Shown here piece by piece: positions 43,546-55,398 of a DNA stretch of 64,000 nucleotides. The position numbers and the translations under genes were made by a program. The stretch is taken from the NCBI GenBank assembly GCA_964291395.2, contig OZ219858.1, positions 864,001 to 928,000 on the forward strand, in the 5' to 3' direction. Each line of letters opens with the position of its first letter. The first letter of the stretch is position 1. The DNA is from Alphaproteobacteria bacterium. Lineage in GTDB: Bacteria; Pseudomonadota; Alphaproteobacteria; UBA2966. The notes beneath the pieces are model-generated. The model was not told where the DNA came from. It searched no databases and saw nothing but the letters and a program-made list of their open reading frames with translations.

Positions 43546-43749
43546 GGAGATATCGCCTGATTGCATCGGAACCCCAAAAGTTCTGGTCGTCGACATTCGT
43601 CTGCAGAGACTGTTTGCAGTAACCCACATTGGCCGTCACAAACCGTCTGTCTGTCCATGGCGGATTGCCTCCAGCAACGCCCGCAAAACCCCGAAAACCA
43701 AGGGATTCTACGAGACCGTGTTCTGATCGACGGTTCGAATAGGACTGGG

Positions 43750-43826
43750 TGGTGGGCCCGGCAGGACTCGAACCTGCAACCAGACCGTTATGAGCGGCCG
43801 GCTCTAACCAGTTGAGCTACGGGCCC
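43750..43826 (-). tRNA. tRNA-Ile2 (CAT anticodon; lysidine type, Met less likely)
   Basis: GGGCCCGTAGCTCAACTGGTTAGAGCCGGCCGCTCATAACGGTCTGGTTGCAGGTTCGAGTCCTGCCGGGCCCACCA, 77-nt cloverleaf with encoded CCA. Confidence 0.93.
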
Positions 43827-43846
43827 CCCGAGAAGGCATTGGGGGC

Positions 43847-45799
43847 TCAGGTGTCCAGGAAGCTCCTGAGCTTGCGCGATCGGCTCGGGTGCTTGAGCTT
43901 ACGCAAAGCCTTGGCCTCGATCTGACGTATGCGCTCGCGCGTGACCGAGAACTGCTGCCCGACCTCCTCCAGCGTGTGGTCGGTGTTCATGCCGATACCG
44001 AAACGCATGCGCAGCACCCGTTCCTCACGGGGCGTCAGGCTGGCGAGCACGCGCGTTGCCGTCTCGCGCAGGTTCGAGTGGATCGCCGCGTCGACCGGCA
44101 GCACTGCGTTGCGGTCTTCGATGAAGTCGCCGAGGTGACTGTCCTCCTCGTCCCCGATGGGCGTTTCCAGGCTGATCGGTTCCTTGGCGATCTTGAGGAC
44201 CTTGCGCACCTTGTCGAGCGGCATGTTGAGTTTCTCGGCCAACTCCTCGGGCGTCGGCTCGCGACCGATCTCGTGGAGCATCTGGCGCGAGGTGCGGACG
44301 AGCTTGTTGATGGTTTCGATCATGTGCACGGGAATGCGAATGGTTCGAGCCTGGTCGGCGATCGAACGCGTGATCGCCTGGCGGATCCACCACGTGGCGT
44401 AGGTCGAGAACTTGTAGCCGCGACGGTACTCGAACTTGTCGACGGCCTTCATCAAGCCGATGTTCCCCTCCTGGATGAGGTCCAGGAACTGCAGGCCGCG
44501 GTTCGTGTATTTCTTGGCGATGGAGATGACGAGCCGCAGATTGGCCTCGACCATTTCCTTCTTGGCCCGGCTGGCCTCCCGTTCACCCCTCTGAACCGTA
44601 TGGACGATGCGGCGAAACTCCCGGATGTCCAATCCGATGTCGATGCAGATGTCGGCGAACTCCTTGCGGATCAGTTTGATCTCGTCGCCGTCCTTCTTGG
44701 CGAATTCAGTCCACCCTTTTTCCTTCAGGCGCCGGACGCGCGACAACCAGCGCGGGTCGAGTTCCCGCCCCTGATAGTACTTGACGAAGCTGTCACGCGG
44801 AATCCTGTGTTTTTCGGCAAGCCGCAGAAGACGACCTTCGAGAGAATGGAGGCGACGGTTGATGCCATAGAGTTGATCGACGAGCTCTTCGATGCGGCCG
44901 TTGTTCAGGCGAATCGAGTTCATGCGATGGGCCAGTTGCACCTTGAGCTTCGCGTAGCGCTTCTCCTGTGCCGGGCTCAGGGAGCCGTTTTTCAACCCCG
45001 CCTGGACGCGCAGATCCTGCAGGCGTTTGACTTTCTTGTAGGTGGCAGCGATGTCATCGAACGTGTCGAGCACGTGAGGTTTCAGGACGGCTTCCATCGC
45101 GGCCAGTGACAGCACCACCTCGTCGTCGTCATCCTCGCCGCCTTCTTCTCCTTCCGTCGACTTGTCCGCGCTCTCCTCCTCCATTTCTTCAGAGGGTGCT
45201 TCCGTCTCGGCGCCTTCTCCCTCACCCCCCTCGTCGTCGTCCCGTCCGCCGAACGTAGCGTCGAGGTCGACGATCTCGCGCAGAAGCACGCTCTCCGAGG
45301 TCAGGTCGTCGCGCCATTGGACGATCGCGCGCATGGTCAGCGGGCTTTCGCAGATCCCGCCGATCATGGTCTCGCGCCCTTTCTCGATGCGCTTGGCGAT
45401 TTCGATCTCGCCCTGACGCGAGAGAAGTTCGATCGACCCCATTTCCCTCAGGTACATGCGGACAGGATCATCGGTTCGCTCGTACTCGGTTTCCTCGGCC
45501 TTCACGACGGCTACGGGAGCCGGCGGCTTGTCGGCCTTGTCTTCGCCGGACGAGGCATCCTCGGCCTCATCACCTTCGATAACGTTGACGCCCATTTCGG
45601 ACAGCATCGCCATGGTGTCCTCGATCTGCTCTGAAGACACTTGGTCCTGGGGCAGAACCTCGTTCAGCTCGTCATAGGTGACGTAGCCGCGCTCTTTGGC
45701 GCGGGCGACCATCTTCTTGATCGCCTGGTTGGAGGCGTCGATAAGCGGGCTGTCTGTCGACTCTTCTGTTGTTTCTTCAGTCTCTGCCGCGTTGGCCAT
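43847..45799 (-). CDS. rpoD: RNA polymerase sigma factor RpoD
   Basis: [48 protein letters not shown]. Confidence 0.99.
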   Translation of the reverse strand: MANAAETEETTEESTDSPLIDASNQAIKKMVARAKERGYVTYDELNEVLPQDQVSSEQIEDTMAMLSEMGVNVIEGDEAEDASSGEDKADKPPAPVAVVKAEETEYERTDDPVRMYLREMGSIELLSRQGEIEIAKRIEKGRETMIGGICESPLTMRAIVQWRDDLTSESVLLREIVDLDATFGGRDDDEGGEGEGAETEAPSEEMEEESADKSTEGEEGGEDDDDEVVLSLAAMEAVLKPHVLDTFDDIAATYKKVKRLQDLRVQAGLKNGSLSPAQEKRYAKLKVQLAHRMNSIRLNNGRIEELVDQLYGINRRLHSLEGRLLRLAEKHRIPRDSFVKYYQGRELDPRWLSRVRRLKEKGWTEFAKKDGDEIKLIRKEFADICIDIGLDIREFRRIVHTVQRGEREASRAKKEMVEANLRLVISIAKKYTNRGLQFLDLIQEGNIGLMKAVDKFEYRRGYKFSTYATWWIRQAITRSIADQARTIRIPVHMIETINKLVRTSRQMLHEIGREPTPEELAEKLNMPLDKVRKVLKIAKEPISLETPIGDEEDSHLGDFIEDRNAVLPVDAAIHSNLRETATRVLASLTPREERVLRMRFGIGMNTDHTLEEVGQQFSVTRERIRQIEAKALRKLKHPSRSRKLRSFLDT

Positions 45800-45878
45800 A
45801 TTCGTCGCCGTGATGGTTGATGTCGCTGCGCGATCGTTACGCGCCCGGCAGAAGGTTCCTGGCGCGCAGATCTGTCCC

Positions 45879-47738
45879 TCAGGATGACCTGGTGCTTGTC
45901 GGATCCGTCGCTACCGCTTCCGTCCTATTGCTTCGCTCCGCTTCGCCAAGAAACGCTTTCAGGCGATTGAATCCCTCGTCGGTGAAGTCAAACTCCTCGA
46001 TGTATGCGCTTTTCTCCGCCGGCAATGTCACGGCCAGGCGATGTACGGAAAGCGCGTTCTCCCACCCTTCCTGGGCGGTTTCCAGTGGTACGTCCGGGCG
46101 CACGAACGACGCGAGCGGCGCGACCCTCGCCTCGGCGATGTCATCCAACGTCGCCGTAAATCCCTTTTCACGGAGGTGTTGCTTCAATGTCGCGCTGTCA
46201 AGACCCGGGTTGCCCCGCGCTATCTCTATGATTTCGTTTCGCAACCTGTCAAGCGCGAGGTTGCTGAACTCGATGTCCGCAAACTCCTCCGACTTCTGCT
46301 CCAAAAGGTCGGGGTGGACGACGATCGTGGCAACCAGAACGCGCTCGCGGCGGTCCGTAATGCCGGCTTTCCCGAGACCCAGTCCGTGATGCCGCGACAA
46401 GCGGCGCTCCCGAGGAACACCTCGTTTCCCGCGCCCCCGAGGAGTCATCCGTGCGTCCGTCGTCCGTCCGTCCGCGCCGAACAGCTCTTCCAGCCGTGCG
46501 CGAAAATGACGCTCATAGAACGCCTTGACCTGTCGATCTTCGATCCGCGAGACCAGGGCGCGGATGTCATTGGCGAACCCGGCACGCCGCTCGGGCGTGT
46601 CGAGGGTCCGGTCCTGCATGGCGATCTGCCACAGCAGATCCGAAAGTGGCGTGGCGTTCAAGAGCAGTTGCCGAAACGCTTCCGCGCCCTTCGACGTCAC
46701 CAAGCTGTCCGGGTCCTCACCAGTCGGGAGCAGGGCAAAGCGGAGCGAGTGCCCGGAGCGCAAAAGCGGCAGCGCACGGTCCGCGACACGTCCGGCCGCA
46801 TTCCATCCGGCCGCGTCGCCGTCAAAACACAAAATCGGTTCAGGCGCAAAGCGCCACAGCAGGCCGAGTTGATCCTCTGTCACCGCCGTTCCCAATGGAG
46901 CCACGGCGTTCGCGAAGCCCGCCTGATGCAGGGCGATGACGTCCATGTAGCCTTCCGCGACGATGACCGACTCGCAATCCCTTATCGCCGAGCGCGCATG
47001 AGCGAGGTTGTAGAGCAAGCGGCCTTTCTGGAAGAGTGGCGTCTCGGGCGAGTTCAGATATTTGGCACGTGACTCGCCCAAGGCCCTTCCGCCAAAGGCC
47101 ACGACGTGGCCTCGAGTATCCGTAATGGGGAACGTGATCCGATCGCGAAATCGATCGAACGTCTCGCCGCCGTCCCGGGGCGTGACTAGGAGCCCGCAGT
47201 CAATGAGCTGTTTCTCGGCAAAACTCCTGGCGAGCGACGCTTCCTTGAACGTCGTGCGGCCCTTCGGTGCGTAGCCCAGACGAAACTCCTTGATCGTCTC
47301 ATCCGTGAGTCCCCGACCCTTCAAATACTCCTTTGCGTCCCGGCCGGAACCGGTTGCGAGCCGTCCCTCGAACCATTCGGCGGCAAACGCCATCGCGTCG
47401 AACAACGTGGCCCGCGCTTCTTCCCGCGCCTCCGCCTCGGGCGAACGCACCGGCACCTGCACCCCGGCTTCGGCGGCAAGCTTCTCGACAGCCTCCGGAA
47501 AGCTGAGGCCTTCTTGCTGCATGACGAAATCGAACACGCTGCCGTGCGCTTGGCAGCCGAAACAGTGATAGAAGCCCTTCTCCTCGTTCACCGTGAACGA
47601 TGGGGTCTTTTCGTTATGGAATGGACACAGGCCCAGCCATTCGCGCCCGCGACGCGTGAGCTTCACACGTCGGCCGATGATATCGGCTAAGGAAACGCGG
47701 GTACGGATTTCGTCGAGGAAATGACTAGGAAAGGCCAT
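45879..47738 (-). CDS. dnaG: DNA primase
   Basis: CPFH..KTPSF...[21 protein letters not shown]. Confidence 0.97.
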   Translation of the reverse strand: MAFPSHFLDEIRTRVSLADIIGRRVKLTRRGREWLGLCPFHNEKTPSFTVNEEKGFYHCFGCQAHGSVFDFVMQQEGLSFPEAVEKLAAEAGVQVPVRSPEAEAREEARATLFDAMAFAAEWFEGRLATGSGRDAKEYLKGRGLTDETIKEFRLGYAPKGRTTFKEASLARSFAEKQLIDCGLLVTPRDGGETFDRFRDRITFPITDTRGHVVAFGGRALGESRAKYLNSPETPLFQKGRLLYNLAHARSAIRDCESVIVAEGYMDVIALHQAGFANAVAPLGTAVTEDQLGLLWRFAPEPILCFDGDAAGWNAAGRVADRALPLLRSGHSLRFALLPTGEDPDSLVTSKGAEAFRQLLLNATPLSDLLWQIAMQDRTLDTPERRAGFANDIRALVSRIEDRQVKAFYERHFRARLEELFGADGRTTDARMTPRGRGKRGVPRERRLSRHHGLGLGKAGITDRRERVLVATIVVHPDLLEQKSEEFADIEFSNLALDRLRNEIIEIARGNPGLDSATLKQHLREKGFTATLDDIAEARVAPLASFVRPDVPLETAQEGWENALSVHRLAVTLPAEKSAYIEEFDFTDEGFNRLKAFLGEAERSNRTEAVATDPTSTRSS

Positions 47739-47896
47739 CGGCCGTACCGCGTGTTCGTCCATCCGAACCTGCAGTTGCCCCACCCTACAGGTGTCCCCAG
47801 CGCAACATGCGCTGCTCAAATTTACGACCTTACGGAACGGATGTGAAGCTGGTGGAAGCGCCGTCGAACCAGTCGCCGAGAAGGCAGGTCCCGGTC

Positions 47897-48352
47897 CTAC
47901 GACAACAAGCCCTTGACGACCTGGCTGGCTTTACCGAAATCCATCCGCCCGGCGTAGCGGGACCTGAGCTCTCCCATGACCCGTCCCATGTCTTTGATGC
48001 TGCTGGCGCCGAGTTCCTCGATCACCTCGCGGCTGGCGGTCGAGGCTTCGTCCTCCGACATCTGCTTGGGTAGGAACTCCTCGATGATCCCGATCTCGCT
48101 CTCCTCCTGCTCCACCAGGTCGTCGCGCCGACCCTTCTTGTACATTTCGATCGAGTCTCGCCTTTGGCGGATCATCGTCTGCATCATGTTCAGGATTTCG
48201 TCCTCGCTCAGGCCTTCCGATTTGCCCGAGCTCCGTGCGGTGATGTCACGATCCTTCAGGGCAGCCAAAATCAATCGCACGGTCGCGGAACGCCGCGCGT
48301 CCTTGGCCTTCATCGCGCTCTTGAGGGAGTCGGAAAGGCGCTCGCGTAACAT
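47897..48352 (-). CDS. GatB/YqeY-domain protein
   Basis: LK.AMKAKD, RQRRDSI..Y..G.R, DMGRVMG. Confidence 0.92.
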   Translation of the reverse strand: MLRERLSDSLKSAMKAKDARRSATVRLILAALKDRDITARSSGKSEGLSEDEILNMMQTMIRQRRDSIEMYKKGRRDDLVEQEESEIGIIEEFLPKQMSEDEASTASREVIEELGASSIKDMGRVMGELRSRYAGRMDFGKASQVVKGLLS

Positions 48353-48472
48353 ACCCCGCCCGGTATGGCCCATCTGGAAACCTCAAGTCTAGTTGACGCG
48401 GGCCAGAATAGCAAAACCCATTTCTTCGTCTAACTTATTGAAATGTAACATGAATATACCGCGGCAGTAGGG

Positions 48473-48501
48473 TTGACGACGGCATGAATCTTGCGTAGGT
48501 T
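48473..48501 (+). promoter_or_regulatory. Putative sigma70 promoter of carAB
   Basis: TTGACG-N17-TAGGTT downstream of an AT-rich tract. Confidence 0.5.
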
Positions 48502-48638
48502 CCGCCGGACTTTACGTCCATGCCGAGTGTCCTGGAGCGTTCGGCCAGCGCGGACGGTTTGGTTCAGAACATTTCCGCCACGATGTTCAAGGTCCCGCGT
48601 CCGCAGCACAACAACACGATGTTCGCGATCGACCCTCA

Positions 48639-49832
48639 TTGATGGCTTGGCCCAACTCGACTGACGCCACGTCCCGTATCGCGGGGGCGTCGGCAGTCTT
48701 GGTGCTGGACGATGGCTCGGTTCTCTGGGGTCAAGGGGTTGGGTGCACCGGCACCGTGGTTGGGGAGGTTTGCTTCAATACCTCCATGACCGGGTATCAA
48801 GAGATCGTGTCCGATCCATCCTACGCCGGCCAGATCATAACCTTTACCTTCCCTCATATCGGCAACGTCGGCACCAACGACGAGGATATTGAGACGCTGA
48901 ACCCTGCTGCCCGTGGGGTCGTCCTGAAGGCGTCGATCACGGATCCATCGAACTTCCGGGCCCTGTCTCACCTGGACGGTTGGCTGAAGTGTCAGGGCCT
49001 CGTCGGAATTGCGGGGGTGGACACTCGCCGCCTCACTCGTCGCATTCGGGACGGTGGGGCGCCCACCGGACTTCTTCGTCATGCGCCCGACGGCGGCTTC
49101 GACCTCGCGGCGTTGCGCGAGCAGGCAAAGGCCTGGCCAGGGTTGGAAGGCATGGATCTGGCCAGGGAGGTTTCCTGCGCTCAGACCTATGCGTGGGATG
49201 AAACCAAGTGGGCTCTGGGGCGCGACGTCAGGACCACGGGATACGGAAAACTGACGGACTCCCGCTTTCATGTGATCGCGGTCGATTTCGGCATAAAGCG
49301 GAACATTCTGCGTTGCCTTGCGTCTCTCGGCTGTGCGGTCACCGTCGTACCCGCCACGGCGACGGCAGACGACATTTTGGGATGGAGGCCCGATGGTGTG
49401 TTCTTGTCAAACGGTCCGGGCGACCCGGCCGCAACGGGCGAGTATGCGGTACCCGCCATCAGGGGCGTGCTGGACTCGGGGCTTCCCCTCTTCGGCATCT
49501 GTCTCGGACACCAGATCCTGGCGCTCGCGCTGGGTGCGCGAACCGGCAAGATGCACATGGGCCACCGCGGGGCCAATCATCCGGTGAAGGATTTGGCCAC
49601 GGGCAAGGTGGAGATCACCAGCCAGAATCACGGTTTTGTCGTCGACGCGGAGTCGTTGCCGTCGGGTGTGTCGGCAAGCCACGTGTCCTTGTTCGACGGC
49701 TCGCTGGAAGGTCTCTCCGTCGACGGCGTGCCCGTCTTCTCGGTCCAGTATCATCCCGAGGCCTCGCCGGGTCCTCAGGATAGTCACTATCTGTTCGACC
49801 GCTTTGTGGCGCTGATGGAAGCCAATGCCTAG
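48639..49832 (+). CDS. carA: Carbamoyl-phosphate synthase small subunit
   Basis: [29 protein letters not shown]. Confidence 0.98.
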   Translation: MMAWPNSTDATSRIAGASAVLVLDDGSVLWGQGVGCTGTVVGEVCFNTSMTGYQEIVSDPSYAGQIITFTFPHIGNVGTNDEDIETLNPAARGVVLKASITDPSNFRALSHLDGWLKCQGLVGIAGVDTRRLTRRIRDGGAPTGLLRHAPDGGFDLAALREQAKAWPGLEGMDLAREVSCAQTYAWDETKWALGRDVRTTGYGKLTDSRFHVIAVDFGIKRNILRCLASLGCAVTVVPATATADDILGWRPDGVFLSNGPGDPAATGEYAVPAIRGVLDSGLPLFGICLGHQILALALGARTGKMHMGHRGANHPVKDLATGKVEITSQNHGFVVDAESLPSGVSASHVSLFDGSLEGLSVDGVPVFSVQYHPEASPGPQDSHYLFDRFVALMEANA

Positions 49833-52800
49833 GCGTGCGGACATCGAGTCGATCCTGATCATCGGTGCTGGTCCCATCGTCATCGGCCAAGCCTGCGAGT
49901 TCGACTATTCCGGCACTCAGGCGTGCCGAGCCCTGAAGTCCGAAGGCTATCGGACCGTGCTCGTCAACTCGAATCCCGCCACCATCATGACCGATCCGGG
50001 CATGGCTGATGCGACGTATGTAGAGCCGATCACGCCGGATTTCGTCACCAAGATCATCGAGAAGGAACGGCCCGATGCCTTGCTGCCTACAATGGGCGGT
50101 CAAACCGGGCTGAATACGGCTATGGCGGTCGCCGACGCAGGCGTCCTCGATGCACACGGTGTGGAGATGATCGGGGCCGACCGTAACGCCATCCGCAAGG
50201 CAGAAGACCGTAAGCTGTTCCGCAAGGCGATGGAGAACATCGGCCTCGAATGTCCACGCAGCCTGACGGCACACTCCGTCGACGAAGCCCGCGTGGCGCT
50301 CAGCGACATCGGGTTGCCGCTGATAATCCGCCCATCCTTCACCTTGGGCGGCACCGGGTCCGGTGTCGCCTCTAACCGCGAGGAATTCGAGCACATCGTC
50401 GCGAATGGCCTCGATGCCTCCCCGATCACCGAGGTCCTGATCGAACAGTCCGTTCTGGGGTGGAAGGAGTACGAGATGGAGGTCGTTCGCGACAGGAACG
50501 ACAACTGCATCATCGTCTGCTCGATCGAGAACGTCGATCCGATGGGCGTGCACACCGGCGACTCGATCACGGTCGCGCCGGCGCTGACCCTCACCGACAA
50601 GGAATACCAGATCATGCGCAACGCCTCGATCGCAGTGCTGCGCGAGATCGGGGTGGAAACCGGCGGCTCGAACGTGCAATTCGCGGTCGATCCGTCCAGC
50701 GGCCGGCTCGTGATCATCGAGATGAATCCGCGTGTGTCCCGTTCTTCGGCGTTGGCCTCCAAGGCCACCGGATTTCCCATCGCGAAGGTGGCTGCGCGGC
50801 TCGCTGTCGGATATACGCTTGACGAACTCGGCAACGACATCACGGGCGTAACGCCGGCCTCTTTCGAGCCGACCATCGACTATGTGGTTACGAAAATTCC
50901 GCGCTTCGCCTTCGAGAAATTCCCGGGCGCGGCGCCGCTGCTGACGACCTCGATGAAATCCGTTGGCGAAGCCATGTCCATCGGGCGGTGTTTTGCGGAG
51001 TCGTTGCAAAAGGCGCTTCGTTCGATGGAAACGGGACTGACGGGCCTCAACGAGGTCGCAATCCCAGGTGCCGAAGATCCGGCCGCCGCGAACACCCCCG
51101 CGTATCGTCACGCGATTGCCGCCGCGCTCGCAGAGCAGTCACCAGAGCGGTTGTTGGTGATCGCCCAGGCGCTGCGTGTAGGTTTTACCACCGATGAGAT
51201 ACACGGACCCACTGGCTACGACCACTGGTTCGTCGAACAGATTCGCGCCATCGTGGACACCGAGACCGGCGTTCGGGAAAAGGGATTGCCCGACACTCGG
51301 GAAGGGCTGCTCCAGTTGAAGCAAATGGGGTTTTCCGATGCGCGCTTGGCCGAGCTTTCGGGACTGACCGAGTCCGACGTCGCTGCCGCGCGATCCCGTC
51401 TCGACGTGCATCCTGTGTTCAAGCGCGTCGATACCTGCGCGGCCGAGTATGAATCCCGAACCCCATACCTGTACTCGAGTTACGAATCGGACACTTGGCT
51501 CGGTCTCGACCAGGCACCCGATATGGAGTCCGAGGCGCAGCCGAGCGACCGGACCAAGGTCATCGTCCTGGGGGGCGGCCCCAACCGTATCGGACAGGGA
51601 ATCGAGTTCGACTATTGCTGTTGTCACGCCGCATACGCGCTGACCGACGCCGGGCACGAAACCGTCATGGTCAACTGCAATCCGGAAACGGTGTCGACCG
51701 ATTACGATACGTCCGACCGCCTGTATTTCGAGCCGCTCACCGTCGAGGACGTGTTGGAGATCGTCCGCACGGAGCAGTCCAGGGGCATCCTGCTCGGTGT
51801 CATCGTGCAGTTCGGTGGACAAACCCCCCTCAAGCTCGCGCAGGGGCTCGGAGAGGCCGGCGTACCGATCCTCGGCACGTCGCCGGATGCGATCGATCTC
51901 GCCGAAGATCGCAAGCGGTTTCAGCAACTGCTTTCGCGCCTCGGCCTGCGTCAGCCCGCGAACGGGATCGCCACCAGCACTGAAGAAGCGAAGGAAATCG
52001 CGGCGTCCATCGGATATCCAGTCCTCATCCGACCCTCATATGTCTTGGGTGGTCGGGCCATGGAGATCGTGTACGACGGCGCAGCTCTGGAGCGGTACAT
52101 GCGCGCCGCCGTCGAAGTGTCCGGTACCAGTCCGGTTCTCATTGACGCGTATCTACGAGACGCGATCGAAGTGGATGTCGATGCGCTTTGCGACGGCGAA
52201 GAGGTGTTCGTCGCCGGCGTCATGGAGCACATAGAAGAGGCCGGCGTTCATTCGGGCGACTCGGCGTGCGTCCTTCCGCCACACACCCTCTCGCCAACGA
52301 CGTTGGACGATATCCGCCGGCAGACTGCCGCTCTTGCCGGGGAGCTCGACGTCGTCGGTCTGATGAACGTTCAGTACGCCGTAAAGGACGAGGATGTTTA
52401 CATCCTTGAGGTCAATCCTCGCGCGAGCCGTACGGTACCTTTCGTCGCCAAAGCCACGGGTAGGCCCATCGCGAACGTCGCCGCGCGCGTCATGGCGGGT
52501 GCGAAACTGAAAGGACTGGTCGACGAAGGAGACGAGGGGCAGAACGGCCGGGTCGCGGTCAAGGAGGCCGTATTTCCATTTGCCCGGTTCCCCGGCGTCG
52601 ACGTCATGCTGGGACCGGAGATGCGATCAACGGGTGAGGTCATGGGAATCGATACGGACTTCGCGCGGGCCTTCGCCAAGTCCCAGCTTGCTAGCGGCGT
52701 GTGTCTGCCCGAGTCGGGAAAGGTGTTCATCTCGGTGAAGGATGACGACAAGGAGACCATGGCCGCGCCTGCGCGGAAGCTCGTGGAGTTGGGCTACGAG

Positions 52801-53118
52801 ATCGTGGCGACCAGCGGCACGGCGCGGTTTCTGCGCTCTGCCGGTGTAGCTTGCAGTGAAACGAGAAAGGTGCTGGAAGGCAGCCCTCACATTGTCGACT
52901 CCATCAAGAACGGAGAAATCGCTTTGGTCCTCAACACCACCGAGGGCGCACAGGCGATCGCCGACAGTTTTTCCCTCCGCCGGGCCGCCCTGACCGAGCA
53001 CGTGCCTTACTATACAACTGTGGCCGGCTCGCTCGCGGCCGTTGAGGCGATGGAAACTCTTCTCACGGGTAGCCTTGATGTCAGTTCCTTGCAAACCTAT
53101 TCTAAATCCTCGTCATGA
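49825..53118 (+). CDS. carB: Carbamoyl-phosphate synthase large subunit
   Basis: [28 protein letters not shown], two ATP-grasp domains. Confidence 0.99.
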   Translation: MPRRADIESILIIGAGPIVIGQACEFDYSGTQACRALKSEGYRTVLVNSNPATIMTDPGMADATYVEPITPDFVTKIIEKERPDALLPTMGGQTGLNTAMAVADAGVLDAHGVEMIGADRNAIRKAEDRKLFRKAMENIGLECPRSLTAHSVDEARVALSDIGLPLIIRPSFTLGGTGSGVASNREEFEHIVANGLDASPITEVLIEQSVLGWKEYEMEVVRDRNDNCIIVCSIENVDPMGVHTGDSITVAPALTLTDKEYQIMRNASIAVLREIGVETGGSNVQFAVDPSSGRLVIIEMNPRVSRSSALASKATGFPIAKVAARLAVGYTLDELGNDITGVTPASFEPTIDYVVTKIPRFAFEKFPGAAPLLTTSMKSVGEAMSIGRCFAESLQKALRSMETGLTGLNEVAIPGAEDPAAANTPAYRHAIAAALAEQSPERLLVIAQALRVGFTTDEIHGPTGYDHWFVEQIRAIVDTETGVREKGLPDTREGLLQLKQMGFSDARLAELSGLTESDVAAARSRLDVHPVFKRVDTCAAEYESRTPYLYSSYESDTWLGLDQAPDMESEAQPSDRTKVIVLGGGPNRIGQGIEFDYCCCHAAYALTDAGHETVMVNCNPETVSTDYDTSDRLYFEPLTVEDVLEIVRTEQSRGILLGVIVQFGGQTPLKLAQGLGEAGVPILGTSPDAIDLAEDRKRFQQLLSRLGLRQPANGIATSTEEAKEIAASIGYPVLIRPSYVLGGRAMEIVYDGAALERYMRAAVEVSGTSPVLIDAYLRDAIEVDVDALCDGEEVFVAGVMEHIEEAGVHSGDSACVLPPHTLSPTTLDDIRRQTAALAGELDVVGLMNVQYAVKDEDVYILEVNPRASRTVPFVAKATGRPIANVAARVMAGAKLKGLVDEGDEGQNGRVAVKEAVFPFARFPGVDVMLGPEMRSTGEVMGIDTDFARAFAKSQLASGVCLPESGKVFISVKDDDKETMAAPARKLVELGYEIVATSGTARFLRSAGVACSETRKVLEGSPHIVDSIKNGEIALVLNTTEGAQAIADSFSLRRAALTEHVPYYTTVAGSLAAVEAMETLLTGSLDVSSLQTYSKSSS

Positions 53119-53195
53119 GAGTTACGCTTGGTCGTCAGCACGCAACCGTTGGAAGGTGATGCTGTTCCGGCTTTGAACGGGCAGAACGAGAAGTT

Positions 53196-53669
53196 ATGGA
53201 AAAGGTCCCGATGACCTCGGCGGGCTATAGTCGCCTGCAGGATGAACTCAAGCGTCTCAAAACGATTGAACGGCCGTCGATCGTGAAAGCACTAGAGGCG
53301 GCGCGGGAACACGGCGATCTCGCGGAGAACGCTGAATTTCACGCGGCTAAGGAGCGTCAAGGTTTCGTCGAAACTCGCGTCATGGAACTCGAGGACAAGC
53401 TGCGGCGTGCAGACGTTATTGACGTGAGCGCCCTGTCGGGAAATCGTGTCCAGTTCGGGGCGACTGTCCGTCTGGCGGATGAGGATACCGACGAAAAGGT
53501 GACCTACACGATCGTCGGAACCGATGAAGCCGACATCAAGGAAGGCCTGCTATCGGTGACATCGCCTTTGGCGCGCGCGATCATCGGTAAAAGCAAAGGC
53601 GATACGGCTGAGGTCAACACGCCGGGCGGCCTTAAGTACTACGAGATCGTCGGCGTCAAATACAAATAG
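53196..53669 (+). CDS. greA: Transcription elongation factor GreA
   Basis: AREHGDLAENAEFHAAKE, SPLARA. Confidence 0.97.
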   Translation: MEKVPMTSAGYSRLQDELKRLKTIERPSIVKALEAAREHGDLAENAEFHAAKERQGFVETRVMELEDKLRRADVIDVSALSGNRVQFGATVRLADEDTDEKVTYTIVGTDEADIKEGLLSVTSPLARAIIGKSKGDTAEVNTPGGLKYYEIVGVKYK

Positions 53670-53704
53670 GCGCCTCTTCTATCGGTGGACACGAACTGGC
53701 GCCG

Positions 53705-54196
53705 TCAAGTATCGGCCAGAATCTCGATGTCGATGGGAACGCCGGGTTCGGACTTCGATGGCCGGATCGCCAGGGCGCTCTTCACTTGGGCGACGTTAGG
53801 GGCGGTCGTCAACTCCGTTGTCAGGAATGTTTGATACGCGTCCCAATCGGTTGCCACGATTTTCAACAGGAAGTCGACCTCGCCCGCGAGCATGAAACAC
53901 TCCCGCACCATAGGCCAGCTCGCCACGAGTTCTTCGAACCCGGCCAGATCCTGTTCCGCCTGGCTTTCCAACCCGACCTGGGCGAACACCGTAACGCCAA
54001 ATCCCAAGGTCTCCGTGTTGAGGTCGGCATGGTAACCACGAATGTATCCGGCTGCTTCCAGCGCGCGCACGCGTCGCAGGCACGGCGGGGCGGAGATCCC
54101 CACCGTCTTGGCAAGCTTCACATTGGTGATCCTACCGTCCGCCTGCAGCGTCTGCAGGATATGTCGATCGATACGGTCGAGTTTGACCCGAGCCAT
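53705..54196 (-). CDS. Lrp/AsnC-family regulator
   Basis: LDRID..IL..LQ.DGR, SAPPCLRRVR. Confidence 0.93.
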   Translation of the reverse strand: MARVKLDRIDRHILQTLQADGRITNVKLAKTVGISAPPCLRRVRALEAAGYIRGYHADLNTETLGFGVTVFAQVGLESQAEQDLAGFEELVASWPMVRECFMLAGEVDFLLKIVATDWDAYQTFLTTELTTAPNVAQVKSALAIRPSKSEPGVPIDIEILADT

Positions 54197-54257
54197 CGCG
54201 ACCTCTTGCCTCTCGTTGCCGTCTGCTCGATTGGCGGCCTCGACTGTGAGGCCGCGC

Positions 54258-54296
54258 AATATTGTTTCGCAGGGTAATATTATTTCGCATATGCGA
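54258..54296. promoter_or_regulatory. Candidate operator: 14-bp direct repeat plus palindrome
   Basis: AATATTGTTTCGCA (54258) and AATATTATTTCGCA (54276), then TCGCATATGCGA (54285-54296), between divergent genes. Confidence 0.5.
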
Positions 54297-54384
54297 CAAG
54301 CTGACCGGAACATGGGCTTCTGCCGATGCAATGACCGGCGCCTGCGATATTGATTTGCTTCGAACCACACCGGCAAATTCTCCC

Positions 54385-55398
54385 ATGCCCCGTTCGACAT
54401 CCCAAATAACCGGGGGTTCGCCCACGCCGGTATGCTGGGTCGTGACCGAGGGCGCCATCGGCATGGAAAATCAAGCGCTCGGATTGGCGGAGGCCATCGG
54501 TTTGCCCACCGTCATCAAGCGGGTGATGGTTCGTGCGCCGTGGATCCACCTCCCGGCCCAACTCTGGCCGCGTCCATTGAGCTTGATTGCCGAGGGCAGC
54601 GACCGGCTGGACGGACCCTGGCCTCGCCTGTTGATCACCTGTGGGCGGCGCAGTGTTCCCTTCAGCATGGCGATCCGACATGCCAGCGGCGGCGACTGTT
54701 TCACGGTCCATGTCCAAGACCCCAAAGTGCGCTTGAGCAACTTCGACCTCGTCGTGCCGCCCCGGCACGACGGGTTGTCCGGTCCCAACGTCATCGCGTC
54801 ACGCGGCGCACTCAACCGGGTGACCCCGCAGAAACTCGCTGAAGGGGTTCGGCGTCTCGCGCCACAGATAGCGGCGTTGCCTCACCCTGTGGTCGCGGTA
54901 CTGCTGGGTGGTACCAGTAACGGCTTCCGGTTGACTCCCGTCCGGACCAGCCGTCTTGCCGATCAACTGCTCGAATTGGTGCAGTCGACTGGCGCGGGCC
55001 TGGCCGTCACGCCATCACGGCGAACGGGTGAGGAAAACATCGCCGAACTTCGTCGGAAACTCTCAGGCAGCGGGGTTTTTCTCTGGAACGGCACGGGTCC
55101 AAACCCTTATTTCGGGCTTCTCGGTCTGGCGGATGCCATCGCGGTGACCTGCGACTCCGTCAGCATGGTGTCCGAGGCGGTCACCACGGGAAAGCCGACT
55201 TATGTGATCGATCTCGACGGCGGTTCGCGGCGCCTTCGCAGGTTTCATGACTCCTTGCGCGCCGACGGTGTCACCCGGCCCTTCGACGGAGGCCTGGAGC
55301 AATGGGTTTACGCGCCCCTGGATGACACCACGACGGTTGCCGCAGCCGTTCGCCAGAGACTAGGATTGGCCGTGCAGGAGCCCACCGAATGTCACTGA
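54385..55398 (+). CDS. ELM1/GtrOC1 (DUF1022)-family putative glycosyltransferase
   Basis: G..G..NQA.GLAE, FDLVV.P.HD, LLGG, TPSRRT, NPY...L...D...VT.DSVSMVSEA..TGKP. Confidence 0.87.
   Translation: MPRSTSQITGGSPTPVCWVVTEGAIGMENQALGLAEAIGLPTVIKRVMVRAPWIHLPAQLWPRPLSLIAEGSDRLDGPWPRLLITCGRRSVPFSMAIRHASGGDCFTVHVQDPKVRLSNFDLVVPPRHDGLSGPNVIASRGALNRVTPQKLAEGVRRLAPQIAALPHPVVAVLLGGTSNGFRLTPVRTSRLADQLLELVQSTGAGLAVTPSRRTGEENIAELRRKLSGSGVFLWNGTGPNPYFGLLGLADAIAVTCDSVSMVSEAVTTGKPTYVIDLDGGSRRLRRFHDSLRADGVTRPFDGGLEQWVYAPLDDTTTVAAAVRQRLGLAVQEPTECH

Noticed and set aside
43340-43639. 100-aa N-terminal extension of the LLM ORF
   Set aside because: The real start is at 43339 with a GGAGG RBS; the extension is antisense to the recombinase relic
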